Made by a program: the position numbers and the translations under genes. From Macrostomum hystrix (taxonomy: Eukaryota; Animalia; Platyhelminthes): a DNA stretch of 64,000 nt. The stretch is taken from assembly GCA_950097015.1 (NCBI GenBank), contig CATNEN010000038.1, positions 25,978,001 to 26,042,000 on the forward strand. Reading direction: 5' to 3'. This document shows, one piece after another, positions 1-23,248 of the stretch. The notes under the pieces were generated by a model. That model was given only the letters and a program-made list of their open reading frames with translations. It was not told the origin of the DNA and did not search any database. How positions within the stretch are numbered: position 1 is the stretch's first letter; the number at the start of each line of letters is the position of its first letter.

Positions 1-128
1 TGCACGACAAGCCCCCAAGCCTTCTCTCCGCGGCTGCGCCCCAAATAAATGTGGCCTTGCCGTGGAATCGAACTTAAGGACCGTGGTGCGAGAGGCAAAC
101 GCGATAACCGCTCTGCCACCGACTCCCT
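1..128 (-). mobile_element. SINE family A, 5' tRNA-like head (cut by window edge)
   Basis: Reverse complement matches the family A head GGGAGTCGGTGGCAGAGCGGTT...GTTCGATTCC...AGGCCACATTTATTTGGGGCGCAGCCGCGG. Confidence 0.85.
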
Positions 129-704
129 TAGCCTAGGAGTTGGAAATGCACTCCGTCTATAAGGAGACACACTTGATTTCCCAGCTGTAAAACGGGTACA
201 AAAAAGCAGCTCAGGTAGTTGTGGCCCTGTGGCGGCCTCAACAGTCTAGACTGTATAATTCTGTGCTATGTATAGTCAAAGACCACTTAGGGAGTGTAAG
301 GAAGGAAAACTTCTTAGTTTCTTAGAAAAAGTTTTGGAGGCCGAAAACAACAGTTTCGCCGATAAGAATGGCAAAAACAAAAAGCTAGTTTCCAAGTGGA
401 TTTCTTTCAGAAGCTAAAATACGTCGTAGGTTTAGGCACAGGTAGGGTATGCATAGAGACAAGGAAAAATCAGTATGAAACCGATGTTTTTGCGAATAAA
501 GCTAATTTGTTTGGAAATCGAAGAAGCTATAAAAAAGGATGCTAATTGTCAAAAGATTAGCATTTCAACCGCCTCCCAACCGTCAGTAAATTTGTGCAGG
601 TAATTTTATTAATTTTCATATCATAATTCGTGGTGTTATTTTCCGTAAAAACCTGCTCGTAAATTTTTTCTAGGAAGCGCAGTTTCCCTTGATTTATTTA
701 TTAA

Positions 705-900
705 GGGAGTTGTAGCCTAGTTTGGTAGAGCATGGGAATCACGACTTAAAGGTCAGGGGTTCGATTTCCGTATCCACTGGAACTATTTGTGTCCTTTAGC
801 AAAACAATTCACGCCAGGGTTTGGTCTGGCGTCCCCAGTCCATGGACTAGACAGCCGTACGCAGCGTTCAGATGCGCTGCACAATGGCTGCAGCTGGTCA
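705..900 (+). mobile_element. SINE family B (tRNA head plus CORE-like domain)
   Basis: A box TAGCCTAGTTTGG, B box GGTTCGATTTCC, CORE-like TGTGTCCTTTAGCAAAACA; 3' hairpin ACAGCCGTACGCAGC..GCTGC..GGCTG shared with the copy at 13510. Confidence 0.65.
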
Positions 901-944
901 ATTGACAAGCAGTTTCTAACTCGAAGATATAGCAAATAACTCAC

Positions 945-12270
<11,326 letters not shown>

Positions 12271-12620
12271 CTATAATACATTCGTACAAGCCAGTCGAGA
12301 GTGAAAGCCAGTTAAATATTTATAACGCACATTAACTTCGCTAACAGTGATTAGAGCCGAGTAATCCTTCTCAGTCTGACGCCTCTATTTCTCACCGTCT
12401 CCTAGTCGGTAGCAATGTCCCCAGAGAGTTCCTTATCCTATCACATATTGACGAACTAACCAGGCAGGAAAAATCTTTCTGTTGCATTATCTTTTAGGTT
12501 TCTAGCGTCGACAATTTTTTAAGGGTGCGTCCTAAAAAATCACTGATCATTGAAGTTCTGCGCTTCATAATAATAATAAAGCAGAGCCTCAATAGTGGCG
12601 CCTCCCTTCGCAGGTCGCAC

Positions 12621-12792
12621 AAAGGTTCTTCGTCGATGAAAGGTCCTTCGTCGATGAAAGGTTCTTCGTCGATGAAAGGTTCTTCGTCGATGAAAGGTCC
12701 TTCGTCGATGAAAGGTTCTTCGTCGATGAAAGGTTCTTCGTCGATGAAAGGTCCTTCGTCGATGAAAGGTGTTTCGACGATGAGAGGCTCTT
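12621..12792. repeat. 18-bp minisatellite (AAGGTTCTTCGTCGATGA)n
   Basis: ~9 units; degenerate units continue after the SINE at ~13378-13425. Confidence 0.92.
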
Positions 12793-13376
12793 ACTTACTT
12801 GATTACTTAATTGCAGGGGGGCCTTGGGCACTTGACGCACAAGCGCAGGAACGGAATGCCCCCAGGCCGGCGAACTAGGCGGGAGTCGCCCACCGCGCCA
12901 TCTGGATCCCTGGACAAAGGCACCTCATACACAGCAGCAAGCCAAGCGGGGAAGGGGGCGGCAGCCACAGTGCCTCTCACCCCAGGCGCGCACACGCACA
13001 AAGCTGACCAAACCAGGGGAGGACTTAGATGCCTGAAGGGTTGGGACGAGAGGACCAAGCCACGCGCGCAGACGGCTGGTGAAACCTCGCCGCTCAGAGC
13101 ACGCATGGCTGGTGCACACCCGCCCCATCCCCCCATACAACGCCTCACACCCGGCCCAACGCACAAACACAAACACAAACAAGCAGGCATGCAGAAGGCA
13201 GGGGTTAAGCTATTTTAAATTAGCTTTGGTTGCACAGAATAAGGTGCATCTCCGCAAGTCACTACTTCGCAAACCTCCAACTAAGCCCCGAAATAATCGT
13301 GACTTGGAGGGAGGCGCGAACCAGCGACCATTTGAAATTGAGGCAGCGACATTAGCCGCTGACCCACTCACCCCCG
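12793..13376 (-). mobile_element. SINE family C (~580 bp, tRNA head, GC-rich body)
   Basis: Minus-strand head GGGGTGAGTGGGTCAGCGG...GGTTCGCGCC (A/B boxes); 3' end CCCCCTGCAA plus AAGT-rich tail; flanking near-identical direct repeat ATGA(G/A)AGGCTCTT at 12780-12792 and 13378-13390. Confidence 0.7.
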
Positions 13377-13509
13377 TATGAAAGGCTCTTGGTCAATGAA
13401 ATGTCCTTCCTCGATAAAATGTTTTACAAAGATAAGCTGTACTAGAAGATTCGAGACCAAAATACACGATTTACAGCTATACCGAATGTAAAAAAATGCA
13501 TGCTATGTG

Positions 13510-13735
13510 TCGGACGCACAACTTGAAGGTCGGGGATTCGATTAGAGATTACCTTGTGTCCTTTAGCAAGACACTTACTCTGCATTGACTCAGTTCACTT
13601 AGCTGTTAAAATTAGTATCACCATTAGCTAGGGGTAATTAAGAATGGTGAGTGGTGGTGTCCCATGAGTCCACAGACTTTACAGCCGTACGCAGCCTTCA
13701 GATGCGCTGCGCAATAGCTCGGCTGTGCTGTCGGC
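13510..13735 (+). mobile_element. SINE family B with CORE-like domain
   Basis: GTGTCCTTTAGCAAGACACTTACTCTGCATTGACTCAGTTCACTTAGCTGTTAAAAT resembles the CORE-SINE central domain; 3' hairpin shared with 705-900. Confidence 0.65.
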
Positions 13736-13979
13736 TGCACATCTGGCACAATTGGCACTGCAACTATTTACTATTTGCTAGTAGATCTAAAAACATGCAT
13801 CTATATAGATCTAAAAAGGTTGAAATTTGATATGAGACAGCGGATGATGACTCCAATAAGTTTTAAATTTAATCACAGATGCTATATCGCAATTAAGCTT
13901 GAATCAGTAGCCAGACGACGGCAGGAATTATGGGTGCAATCGCTTTGAGAGGGCTTGAAGGGCTAACCCCTAGGCAAAC

Positions 13980-14170
13980 TGAAAGTAAACACCGGCCTGA
14001 CGATGAGAAAGTCAGAGCAGTTGTACACTGGAGTGCTTTACCAATGTTCCCGTGTACCCATCCGTGTGTGTGCTCATTGGGTCAGCGGCATGAGCAGAAC
14101 TGCTTCCTCGCTGGCTGCGGGTCGACTGCGCCAAATGTTATGCCAGAAGCCACTGCTCCCCGCAAGCCGC
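13980..14170 (+). mobile_element. Diverged SINE family A 3' half
   Basis: CCTGACGATGAGAAAGTCAG and CTTCCTCGCTGGCTGCGGGT motifs. Confidence 0.6.
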
Positions 14171-15679
14171 GGATTACTCACAGGCATGGTAATTCCATCG
14201 ACTGCTTGATACAGGCCAAATCCTGACACCGCAGAGGTACAGTACTATCGCCGCTAGATTGTGAAACTTCATATTCTCGTAGGTCATATAGACTTGTCTT
14301 TTAAGATTTTTACTGCAATTTTACTTTGGCAAGTGTCTAGATTCTACTTTGATGGGCGTTTGTCCAAGTGTTGCGCGGACCAAGAAGGTTTAAATATAGT
14401 CTTCGAGACTCGTACATTTATCTCCGTCTCGAAGACGGTGGGTCCATCGAGAAACCAGCCAATCCGAAGCTGATACGAATCTTGGCAACGGCAAGCGAAT
14501 AACATGTTGACTAGGACGAAACTGATTGGCGATCAGTGAAGGTATGAAAGATAGGAAGCAGAAAAGGCACACAGAAAAAATGATAAAAAGTTAAGTATCC
14601 AGAACAATATCAAAAAGCATAGTTACGTCAAAATTCAATTTTTATAGCTTCGACAAAAGTGACTGATCCTAGGACTCTAGTATCAGGGAAAATAAACAAT
14701 TAAAGTGATATTTCGATCCTGGAGCACTATCAATAAACTACTTATGTTTATCAAGTATTTTGCCGATTTAAATTTTAGGGACGCCACCATGGATAAATTT
14801 TTGCACAAACATGTACTTTAGGGACGCCACCATGGACTTTAGGGATTAGATTTTTTAGTTTGAAGTCAATAAGGAATAACGAGTGATAAGGAGTTCGCTT
14901 GTAATGTACTATTTTATGCTCATGGTTAATTAAAACCGTGGGTTCAGTTGCAGAGCGTTCTACTTCTTTGCTTGTTCTTCTGCTTGCAGCCATTTGAAAT
15001 TATTACTTTCGAAAAAGCAAAACGCTAAAGTTCAGAAGAGGACAAACAGGATTTTCAGTGGGCTGGAAGCAGAATACATTAAAAGAAAACGCAAAAATTG
15101 TTGCAACAGGGCAGAAAGGCTGCCTGATTGGAAACCGGCTTAGAAACATGCTGAAGGCCCTTTCAACCGAGATGCAACGATGCGATAAAGACGCAGGCAT
15201 CAGCTGATAAACTTCAGGGATGAAGTGAGTGCAAAAGAGAATTGACGAGGCCGATTTGCCGCGTATACGGATTAGCGTTGTGATATTAGGCGCGCCTAGT
15301 ACGTTGCTGAACCACTCTTATCTAGGTTACGCGAGTTCTATTCCTGACTAGGGCTGTTACCCCAGGCTTTATTTTTGGCTGGAATTTGACACTCTAAATG
15401 GGAATTTCGTTCGCAATGTAAGCTAGTAGTTTCTAGTGAGGTTTCGGAATGAGGAATGCCTAGCAAATTTTTGCGAAATCCTACGGGCTAATCTTAGGCG
15501 ACGCTGGTCACAGAAATTCTGCCTCTGAATTTTTCGTGATTGGGAAAGTTTTTGTGAAGTAGCATCGCTTGCATGTAGCTAATCTACATTTTACTTTTTA
15601 GGTTAAAATCAATACAATTCTTGTTATAATGAGAACGCTTATAATGTGCTATTTTATGCTCATGCTAAATTGAAACCGT

Positions 15680-15970
15680 GGGGTTGAGTTGCAGAGCGGT
15701 CTAACGCGATTGTCTCCCGGACCAAGGTCCCTGAACTCGATTCCGTAGCAAGACCACATTCTTTTGGGGCGCGGCCGCGGAGCGAAGGCTTGGGGGCTTG
15801 TCGTTCAATTCACGGATAACCTCCAATGCACAATGCACAGCAGAAGTACACGCAGAACTGCACATTCCATTTTAGTGTAAGTGTGCAAGCATTAATGTGC
15901 CTGTCTGTGTACGCTATCTGTGTGCGTGTGTGCTCAGGAGTCAGCTGAATTGCCTCCTCGCTGGCTGCCG
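15680..15970 (+). mobile_element. SINE family A copy
   Basis: Family A head and body, diverged centre. Confidence 0.75.
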
Positions 15971-17376
15971 TCAGTGGAAAATCATGGCAACTATTATCAC
16001 TGAACACTACACATTTTTCCGAAGCCACACAACAACGTACAGAGGCGCAAACTGTTGCAGGTTAATTCAGGTTGGTACAGGTTTTAACAAACAGCGGTTT
16101 GGCCTTGTCTGTTGAATAATTAGTTATAAAAGCTCTTATCTGACTAACGAAGGTCTTGTCATTGTTGCAGCTGCTGTTTCTTCAACCCATTCAAGAGCTT
16201 TAAAAGCTGTTGTAGTCATGGGCTGGTAAAAGTAATAGCAACTCTTGAAATGACAGCTGGAACTGCACACTCCATCACCAGGTCAAGTGAGGTCTCAATC
16301 TTAACAGACTCTCAAAATTTGAATGGTCTAGAATCCTGCCATCACTTCGCTTGTTGGGTTGGGCTTTTATACGTACAAACAAAATTCAATTGACTTGAAT
16401 TCAGCTGTGGCATATTGCTCAACTGACTTTATTAACAATTGCAACAATTATCTCACATCGCACTTGCATGAAGGGACATACGGGACACAAAATTGACACA
16501 CATTAACACCCATGCACACATTCACTAGTAACGCTTAAACATAAAAATATATGTTTTGAAACTCAGAATATAATCTTCTTAAACATAAGTTACGGTTGTT
16601 CTAGTCAAATTCAAAGCTACTTGTACCACCAGCCTTTTAAGTATGAAGCTTTCTAGATTCACAATGGTCTCAGTGGAATAACTTTACATATTTTTTCAGT
16701 TACGTCTGCATTCCATTGTAGTAGGCGCAGCAGCAGCAGCAGCCTTCAATCTCTCGTTTGTTCCTGAACATCTGTTATCTATTCCCGAACCAATAGACTT
16801 TCGACTGTCTCCTTTTATCGGCTTGTCTGAAGAAAATATAAACTAGAAAAACAGTTCTACAATGGTACCTTACGAAGTCTGCTGACATTATCGCTCCAGA
16901 AGTTAATAATTAAGTTATATTTATGCTTCCGCGTTTCCTTAGAACACGGAGCACAGAACACGATTAGTTTGCTCTTTTCTTGACTTGCTTGTGTTTTAAA
17001 GTACGTCTTTCACTGGCTGCATGCACCTGCATACAGTTCTGGTTGGTACCTTACTGGTTCTGGTTCTGGGTACTCGTAGAGCCTTTTTCTGAGCCCTCCC
17101 CACAATTTTTTTATGATTGGCTGGACCATCTGCCCTCCACCCTATCTCTCTTAGTTTTAGCGTTGCGTGTCATCCCCCTCATTTATTCACATGTATTGTG
17201 TGATGTGCCTACCTGTTCTACCCCATCCAGCAGGCTGATTGGCTAGCAGACCAAATCACAAATAACAGGACGGATCTGTACGTCCAAAGCCATATCAACC
17301 AAATCCGATACTAGTTGCTAGTTGCTAGTTGATACTAGTTGATCCAACGCCTGTCAGCGCTTATCAGTAGAAAGAG

Positions 17377-17740
17377 CACGGAGGTATTTCAAATACTCAC
17401 ATTTCTCTTTTCAGCATCTCCCAATTCAACAAATTGTCAAGAAAATACAGAAAACTTGCTTAAATTTTACACTGTATCTGACCAAAAACAATTTCCAGAA
17501 TCACAAAACATCGGCATCGTTGGGAGATTCAATGATTCTCGTCGAGGTGTCTGGTGGCAAAAACGACCAATGTTGGCATCATTTTTCTGGTCACAAAATT
17601 TTATAATTTAATCATATCGGCTATCATTTGAAACTATATTTTAGATTGATAATTTTGACTTCGTTGGTTGACTTTCACGAAAATCTGTTATCCGGTTTGG
17701 GAGCTATGAAGTACGTAGTGGGTATTTGAAATACCCCGTG
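17377..17740. mobile_element. MITE-like element with ~23-bp terminal inverted repeats
   Basis: CACGGAGGTATTTCAAATACTCAC vs GTGGGTATTTGAAATACCCCGTG; TSD not resolved. Confidence 0.55.
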
Positions 17741-17947
17741 GTCTTTACCAAGGGGGGAATAGAATAGAATTCTACTATTAAAAGCGCTCATTTTTCACTC
17801 GAAGCATTGTTATTAAATCAATTTTACGTAATTAACAAGACAGCAAGTCTACAAATAGTTTCTGTAAAGAAAATACGATCTACGGCAAGAACACCATTTT
17901 AAAAACGCATCTGATTGGTCGTAAAATCACTTTAAAGATCCAATTTA

Positions 17948-18313
17948 TCAGCGTTCGTCAGCAGGTCTAGCGTCAATCTTGCTGGTACAGCATAACGGCC
18001 TGGCCAGGCTAGCAGACAGAGTTGATGACATTAGCACAGAGCCTAGCGTCAATGCCGATATGCCAGCAATGATACATACGTCCAGTTGCTTGCTTAACTG
18101 ATAATAGTAGATGACATTCTGCTCGTTCTGTCTGGCTGTGAGTTTCTCTTGCTCAATGTAGCGTCGAGGTACCGCGTAGCCAACAACGACTAGGATGACG
18201 CCGGCAATTAGTAGGGCCACAGAAATCCAGCTAGCAATCTCCAGGGCTTGCTTCAACTGAGACTTGCGATCTTCATCAGTGACGGGTGCTTTATTAGTCG
18301 CGGGCAAAGACAT
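17948..18313 (-). CDS. TMEM74: TMEM74/neurensin-family two-transmembrane protein (121 aa)
   Basis: Two hydrophobic helices; GYAVPR after TM1 and LDVCIIAGISALTLGSVL resemble the TMEM74 pattern (LDRCVIAGLCLLTLG); strong acceptor TTTTCAG ~25 nt upstream of the ATG. Confidence 0.78.
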   Translation of the reverse strand: MSLPATNKAPVTDEDRKSQLKQALEIASWISVALLIAGVILVVVGYAVPRRYIEQEKLTARQNEQNVIYYYQLSKQLDVCIIAGISALTLGSVLMSSTLSASLARPLCCTSKIDARPADER

Positions 18314-20076
18314 TTCATTGCGATACTTTTGTGCACCCTGAAAATTTCTTCAGCTCTGAACTGCGCGGCTCTAAGACTGAATATAGAGTTGAAATCGATT
18401 TTATACCCACACTGCATATTGATCACTATCTCTAGAGATTTTTCTGACTAGCTTAGCATTGCAGCTGGTGTTGCAACTGTGGAGCGATCAAAAATGCAAA
18501 TTCTTACGCACGCTCGCTGTTTATAAAATTGTACACTTCTTCAAAATCCTTTCATTTACTTTTTCTACTAGTCGCACATATCTCTACACTTGCTCACGTT
18601 CGCTTAAAGATCACAGCGAGGAGAGTAATACTATATAAATTTGATATATTTTTAAACATGAAACTATATGCTCCCTTGAGATAACTAAAGCCTGTTGAGG
18701 AAAGCAATGTTTCGTTCTTACCAATGCACCAATTAAGTCCCAAGCTAATCAACTTCATTAAAATTCGTTCCACGCTAAAACCTGAATTTGAGGTGTCAAT
18801 GAGAGCCTTGTATCTTCACATTCCTAGTTGATTTATTCTGAAGTGCACAAAAATCAATTGTCTCCATCATCAGCTTTATTAGCAGTAAAGAATGTATGTA
18901 GGAGCAAAATCTCACCATTGGCGCCTATTGGCCCTAATAATTTTGTTAACATGCATTCCCAGCGTTTTTAGCATAGCGGTACACTCTCTAACTTGTGAAC
19001 CTTGATTGACGAATTGCTAATGTAAATTTCAATTTAGGAAGGGTCATTCGTACAAGACAAAATTTCTAATAAATTTAACTACAAAAGAACATTCTCAAAA
19101 TTTGGAATTTCGTACAAAACACACTGTCGAAGAGTTGTGTCTTTCAGAGAAATGGGAATCAGGGCTTTTGCAGAGTCTGGATTTCCAGAGAAATCGAATT
19201 TTCTTTGGGACTATCGTAGACTTATGACGATATCGTATAATCTGGACTTCCATCGAGAAGAAACTTTAGTGCGAGTATAATCAGGACTGTTTTTAATCAG
19301 GCGTTCTTAGAATCGTCTAGGAAAAGAGCTTTTCTAGAATAGAGTTTGCTTTATATTCGGAACTTTCGTAGAACCGGGTCTTTCGTAATTTCGTCGGTTC
19401 TTTGAATCGGGGCATTTCTAAGTATGATAATACAACAGCAACATACTTCAAGCCTTTGTACTGCTCGATTAAGCAAAAAAAGGCAGGTAAAATCATTATT
19501 GTGAGTCTTTAATTCCTTTCAATCCACCTTGATACTGAATTAAATAAGAATTTAGTTTGTACGAGCGTCTATATTTTCTAAAAAAAGTTTTTTAATACGC
19601 AACACAGCTTTTACGTGAAGGAAAAGCTTTATAATTAAACCAAAAAGTAAGCGTCTAATCGCCTACAAATCCGGACGGAAAAATTGTGAATTAACTATTA
19701 AAAGAAGGTAACTTGTAGAAATACAGCAAAGACATTTAAAGTGTACAGCAAAAACTATTTGCGAAATAGGTTGCATCAGAACCTATCTTTATAACTGCTT
19801 ATAAAGGCCTTTGTAACTTAGTTCAGGTTCCAAATTTATATTACATTTTTACTCGCTTGAACGCATTAAGTTTTCATGCTCCTGCTTAACTACTATTAGT
19901 AGCCCTCGTTAGGCTTTTATTGATAATAATCGTAGTTTGCTCAAACACTCCCATTGCTCGACAAAATATGCAAATTTAAAAAAGTAGAAAAGGAGGAGTT
20001 TTAGTAACTCGAATTTAACACCTAATGGGGCCTGCATTCGTCAGATAAAATAAATTCAGAGAAATTTTTTTTGCGA

Positions 20077-20368
20077 TTAGTGACTGTAGTCCCGCAGCCA
20101 GTGAGGAGGCGTTTCTGCCCGTTCAACTGACTCCTGAGCAGACACACACACACAGTTACCGCACACAGGCTCAAACTCACACAGGTCTGCACATCTGCCC
20201 TGACTTTTTATAGTCAGGTAGTGTACACTGTCACTGTGCCTTGGAGGTTGGCCTTTGTTGCCGAAAATTGCACGATGATCCCCCAAGCCTTCCCGCGGCT
20301 GCGCCCCAAAAAATGTGGCCTCGCCCTGAATCGAGCTCAGGACCTCGGACCGCTCTGCCACTCAGTCC
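20077..20368 (-). mobile_element. SINE family A copy
   Basis: Similarity to other family A copies. Confidence 0.78.
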
Positions 20369-20593
20369 CTACATTAGGTCTTATACCTTCTAATGCAACG
20401 AAATGGTAAAATAAGCGCCTTTTACTGCCAGTTAGTGGTTTAGTCCGTGAATTTGTGCAAATCATTACAATCAATTTAGTCTGACGAGACATTTACAGAA
20501 GAATTCGAATATTAATTTACATATCAATGTAGATGTCTAGATCGGAGTCAACATGGTGACGCGAAAGGCAGCCACTGTCTGTCGCTTCAGTTC

Positions 20594-22474
20594 TCAGTGC
20601 GCCGACACTGGTCGACGATGCCGACGACTTCGCTGTGGTCGGCCGGGGTTGATGCAGTCCTTCATGGCACTGCCGCGAGATCTGTAGGCCGTGTTCCACG
20701 CCTGCTGCGGAATGTGCGGCTTCGGTGGCGAGTCCGTCGGCAGCCGGCCGTACATCTGCAGCAGGTTCTTAGTGGCTACGGCGCGCTCTCGTTTGGCGTA
20801 CTCCTGTATTGATGGATTTTGACAAGCAACCACATTTGAACTGAGCGTTATCTGAAAACATGTCCCATGCAATTCTTCCCCATGTACGCCAACCTCAAGT
20901 AACAGGAGAGCGTACACTGCTTGAACGACGAGAAAGTCGAGGCAGACGTACACATATTTGTCTAATTGTTCCTGGCCAGTCAAAACGGTACCATGACACG
21001 AGGTTTTGTTGAGGCGTGTCTACAGATCTACGACTCATGCGCGTGTACGAGTCCTTGTAAAATGACTCAAGTACCTCTCCAGACGCGTCAAATACAATGT
21101 TGGCGATGATTTGTTTATTATTTTGTTTTAGCTGTGACACATGGTTTGTTGTTATAAACGACTAGGTTACCACTCTACACGCCTCTATAACGAGTCGGGC
21201 TGCTTGAGAACCCCATGATACTTCACTTTGAGTCGTTTCTGTAACGCCATTATTTCGACTTAGATGCTAGTATAACGACTCTAGACATGTCATTGCCTAG
21301 AACTATTTATTGTTATAATATAGGGACTAAGCGGCGACCTCACCTCGGCCTCAGGTCGAACTTTCGGCGCTGGCGGCGGATCTGGCGGCATCTGGCGGTA
21401 ATTGTACTGCTCCCGCGTCAGAGTGCCCTGCAGCCGGCTGGCCACCTCGCCTCCGGCTAGCCGAAGCCGCGGCGCTGGCTGCGGCTCCACTTGCGGTCCG
21501 CCGTAGAACGTGCCGCGCATTCCAGAGCCCTCCCTGGCCGCCGTTTCCTGCGCCTCCGGCCGCACCCGCGGTGCCGGCTGCGGATCCGGCCGGGTGTCTT
21601 GACCTGGCGCGAACAATTGAACTGACTGGCCACGGTTCCTAGCCGCGTTCTGCTCTGCGGCCTCGCCCTTGATCACCCGACCAGCCGGGGCAGGGTCGCT
21701 GGCGCTGGTGCGGATATTCTCAGTTTGGTTAAACATGGCCGACATGCAGCCGCCGCGCGACCTCTCGTAGTTTTCTCTACTCTCCTGCGACACGCCCAGT
21801 CGCTGATTTGGTGGCGGCGTTCTCGACCGCTCCTCCTGATGAATGAGCCGCCCTGCCTGTCCGCGACCCTTCTCCAGGTTCTCACGCGCTGCTGCTGAAG
21901 GGCAACGCACTTTACCCGGATCGTCAACTGGATAGGCCTTCCTCGGCGGCTCCATGAAGCCGTAGGTGCCCTTCTGATTCCGCAAGTAGAACTCCTTGCT
22001 GTCTTCTGTTGGGCACTTGGGATGTTGCTCGGGCTGATTGAAGCGCTCCTTACTCGGATTGAGTATCTTGTCCATCTCGGTGTGGGTCTGCTTCCGCTGA
22101 ATCTCAGCAAATCGGTTGTCGATGGCGCTGCCCCGCGGATGTGGCTTCTCCACGTGCTCAGCATTCTCTGGCCTGTAGTCGAAATTCGCCTTGACAGAGC
22201 CGCTACGAAACCTCTCGCCGTTGGCTAGAACGGCCTCTTTCTGCCAGCCTGTTCGGACCTTCGGGCTGTGCACTTTAATCGGTTTGGTGCGCTTTTTCTC
22301 CTGCGTGGCGGCTGCGTCAAAGCTGCCGTTCGTCTCTGGAGCTCCATGGAGTCGAAATCCACGACTGTCTGGTCGATAGTAATCGTCCTGAGCAAAGTCC
22401 ACAGACTTCTCGATAGTTCTGCCATAGATGCTCAGGTCATTCGGTTTGCCGTTTGTTTTGCTGATTGAAGCCAT
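20594..22474 (-). CDS. Uncharacterised ~37-aa-repeat protein, paralogue A (~446 aa, 2 exons)
   Basis: Exons 22474-21344 and 20803-20594 joined by a phase-0 GTGAGG..TACAG intron; repeated P-R/K-V-x-P-E-A-x-E-x-A-x-R-x-R-G motif continuing across the junction (PKVRPEAE|EYAKRE). Confidence 0.85.
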
Positions 22475-22874
22475 TAAATATTTTCAGTTTAGATGGTTTA
22501 GAAGGGTTTTAATTGTAGAGAGGGGACGAGCAGTTGCAATAGTATCAGTTTTGGGGCAATGCAGAACCGCCTTTCCAGAGTTCTGCTTTGAAATATACTT
22601 GTTGGAAGTACAACACAAGATGCTACGGTAGCTCAGACTGCTTTTGCAGTCTTTTGCATGGGACACAGCTCTGCTTGTTCATTCAATCTCAATCGGTTTG
22701 GGCAGGTAGAGCCACCCACGACCCAACCCTCCCTTGCTGCTTTTACCTGAGTGTACTGAGAGAGAACATGAGAGAGAGAGAGAGGAGTAGAGAGAAATGA
22801 CTGTACTCACAATAGCTATCTGCCCCTACCTGAAATTTAACCACCTCCCTGGAGAGCGAGCCTCCACGCGGCTG

Positions 22875-22889
22875 GTTGCTATTGACAAC
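22875..22889. promoter_or_regulatory. RFX X-box in a putative bidirectional promoter
   Basis: GTTGCT-ATT-GACAAC fits RYYNYY-N(1-3)-RRNRAC; lies almost midway between the divergent ATGs at 22474 and 23249. Confidence 0.6.
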
Positions 22890-23248
22890 TCACGCGACAA
22901 CTCAGGGCCTGCGGTCCCTCAGGTCTCTCTACTTCTGCGCCAATACACAAGCATAGGTAGAGCCTGGAAACGGGAAGGAGAGAAATGGAACCAGAGACTC
23001 TCTGGGGTGGCGGTGGGCGGAGGGCTGTGCGCACAGTTGATTTGGGGTGTACTGACTCAGTCCGCACGTCTACATCTCGTCTCTACCACTGTCTCCGCCC
23101 CCCCTGCTTTAAAAGAGAATAATAAGCCGGGCAGCATTCCAACCACATTTGTTGTCAATCTAAAGAAACGTGAAACCTTGATCAGTTACCCTCATCAAAA
23201 CCGATTTTTTCGGAAGTTTAGAAAGTCAGTACGACCCTTCAGTACAGC

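Noticed and set aside
705-780. tRNA-like sequences (also 30700-30775, 36085-36128)
   Set aside because: No complete cloverleaf; they continue into repeated SINE bodies, so they are SINE heads rather than tRNA genes.
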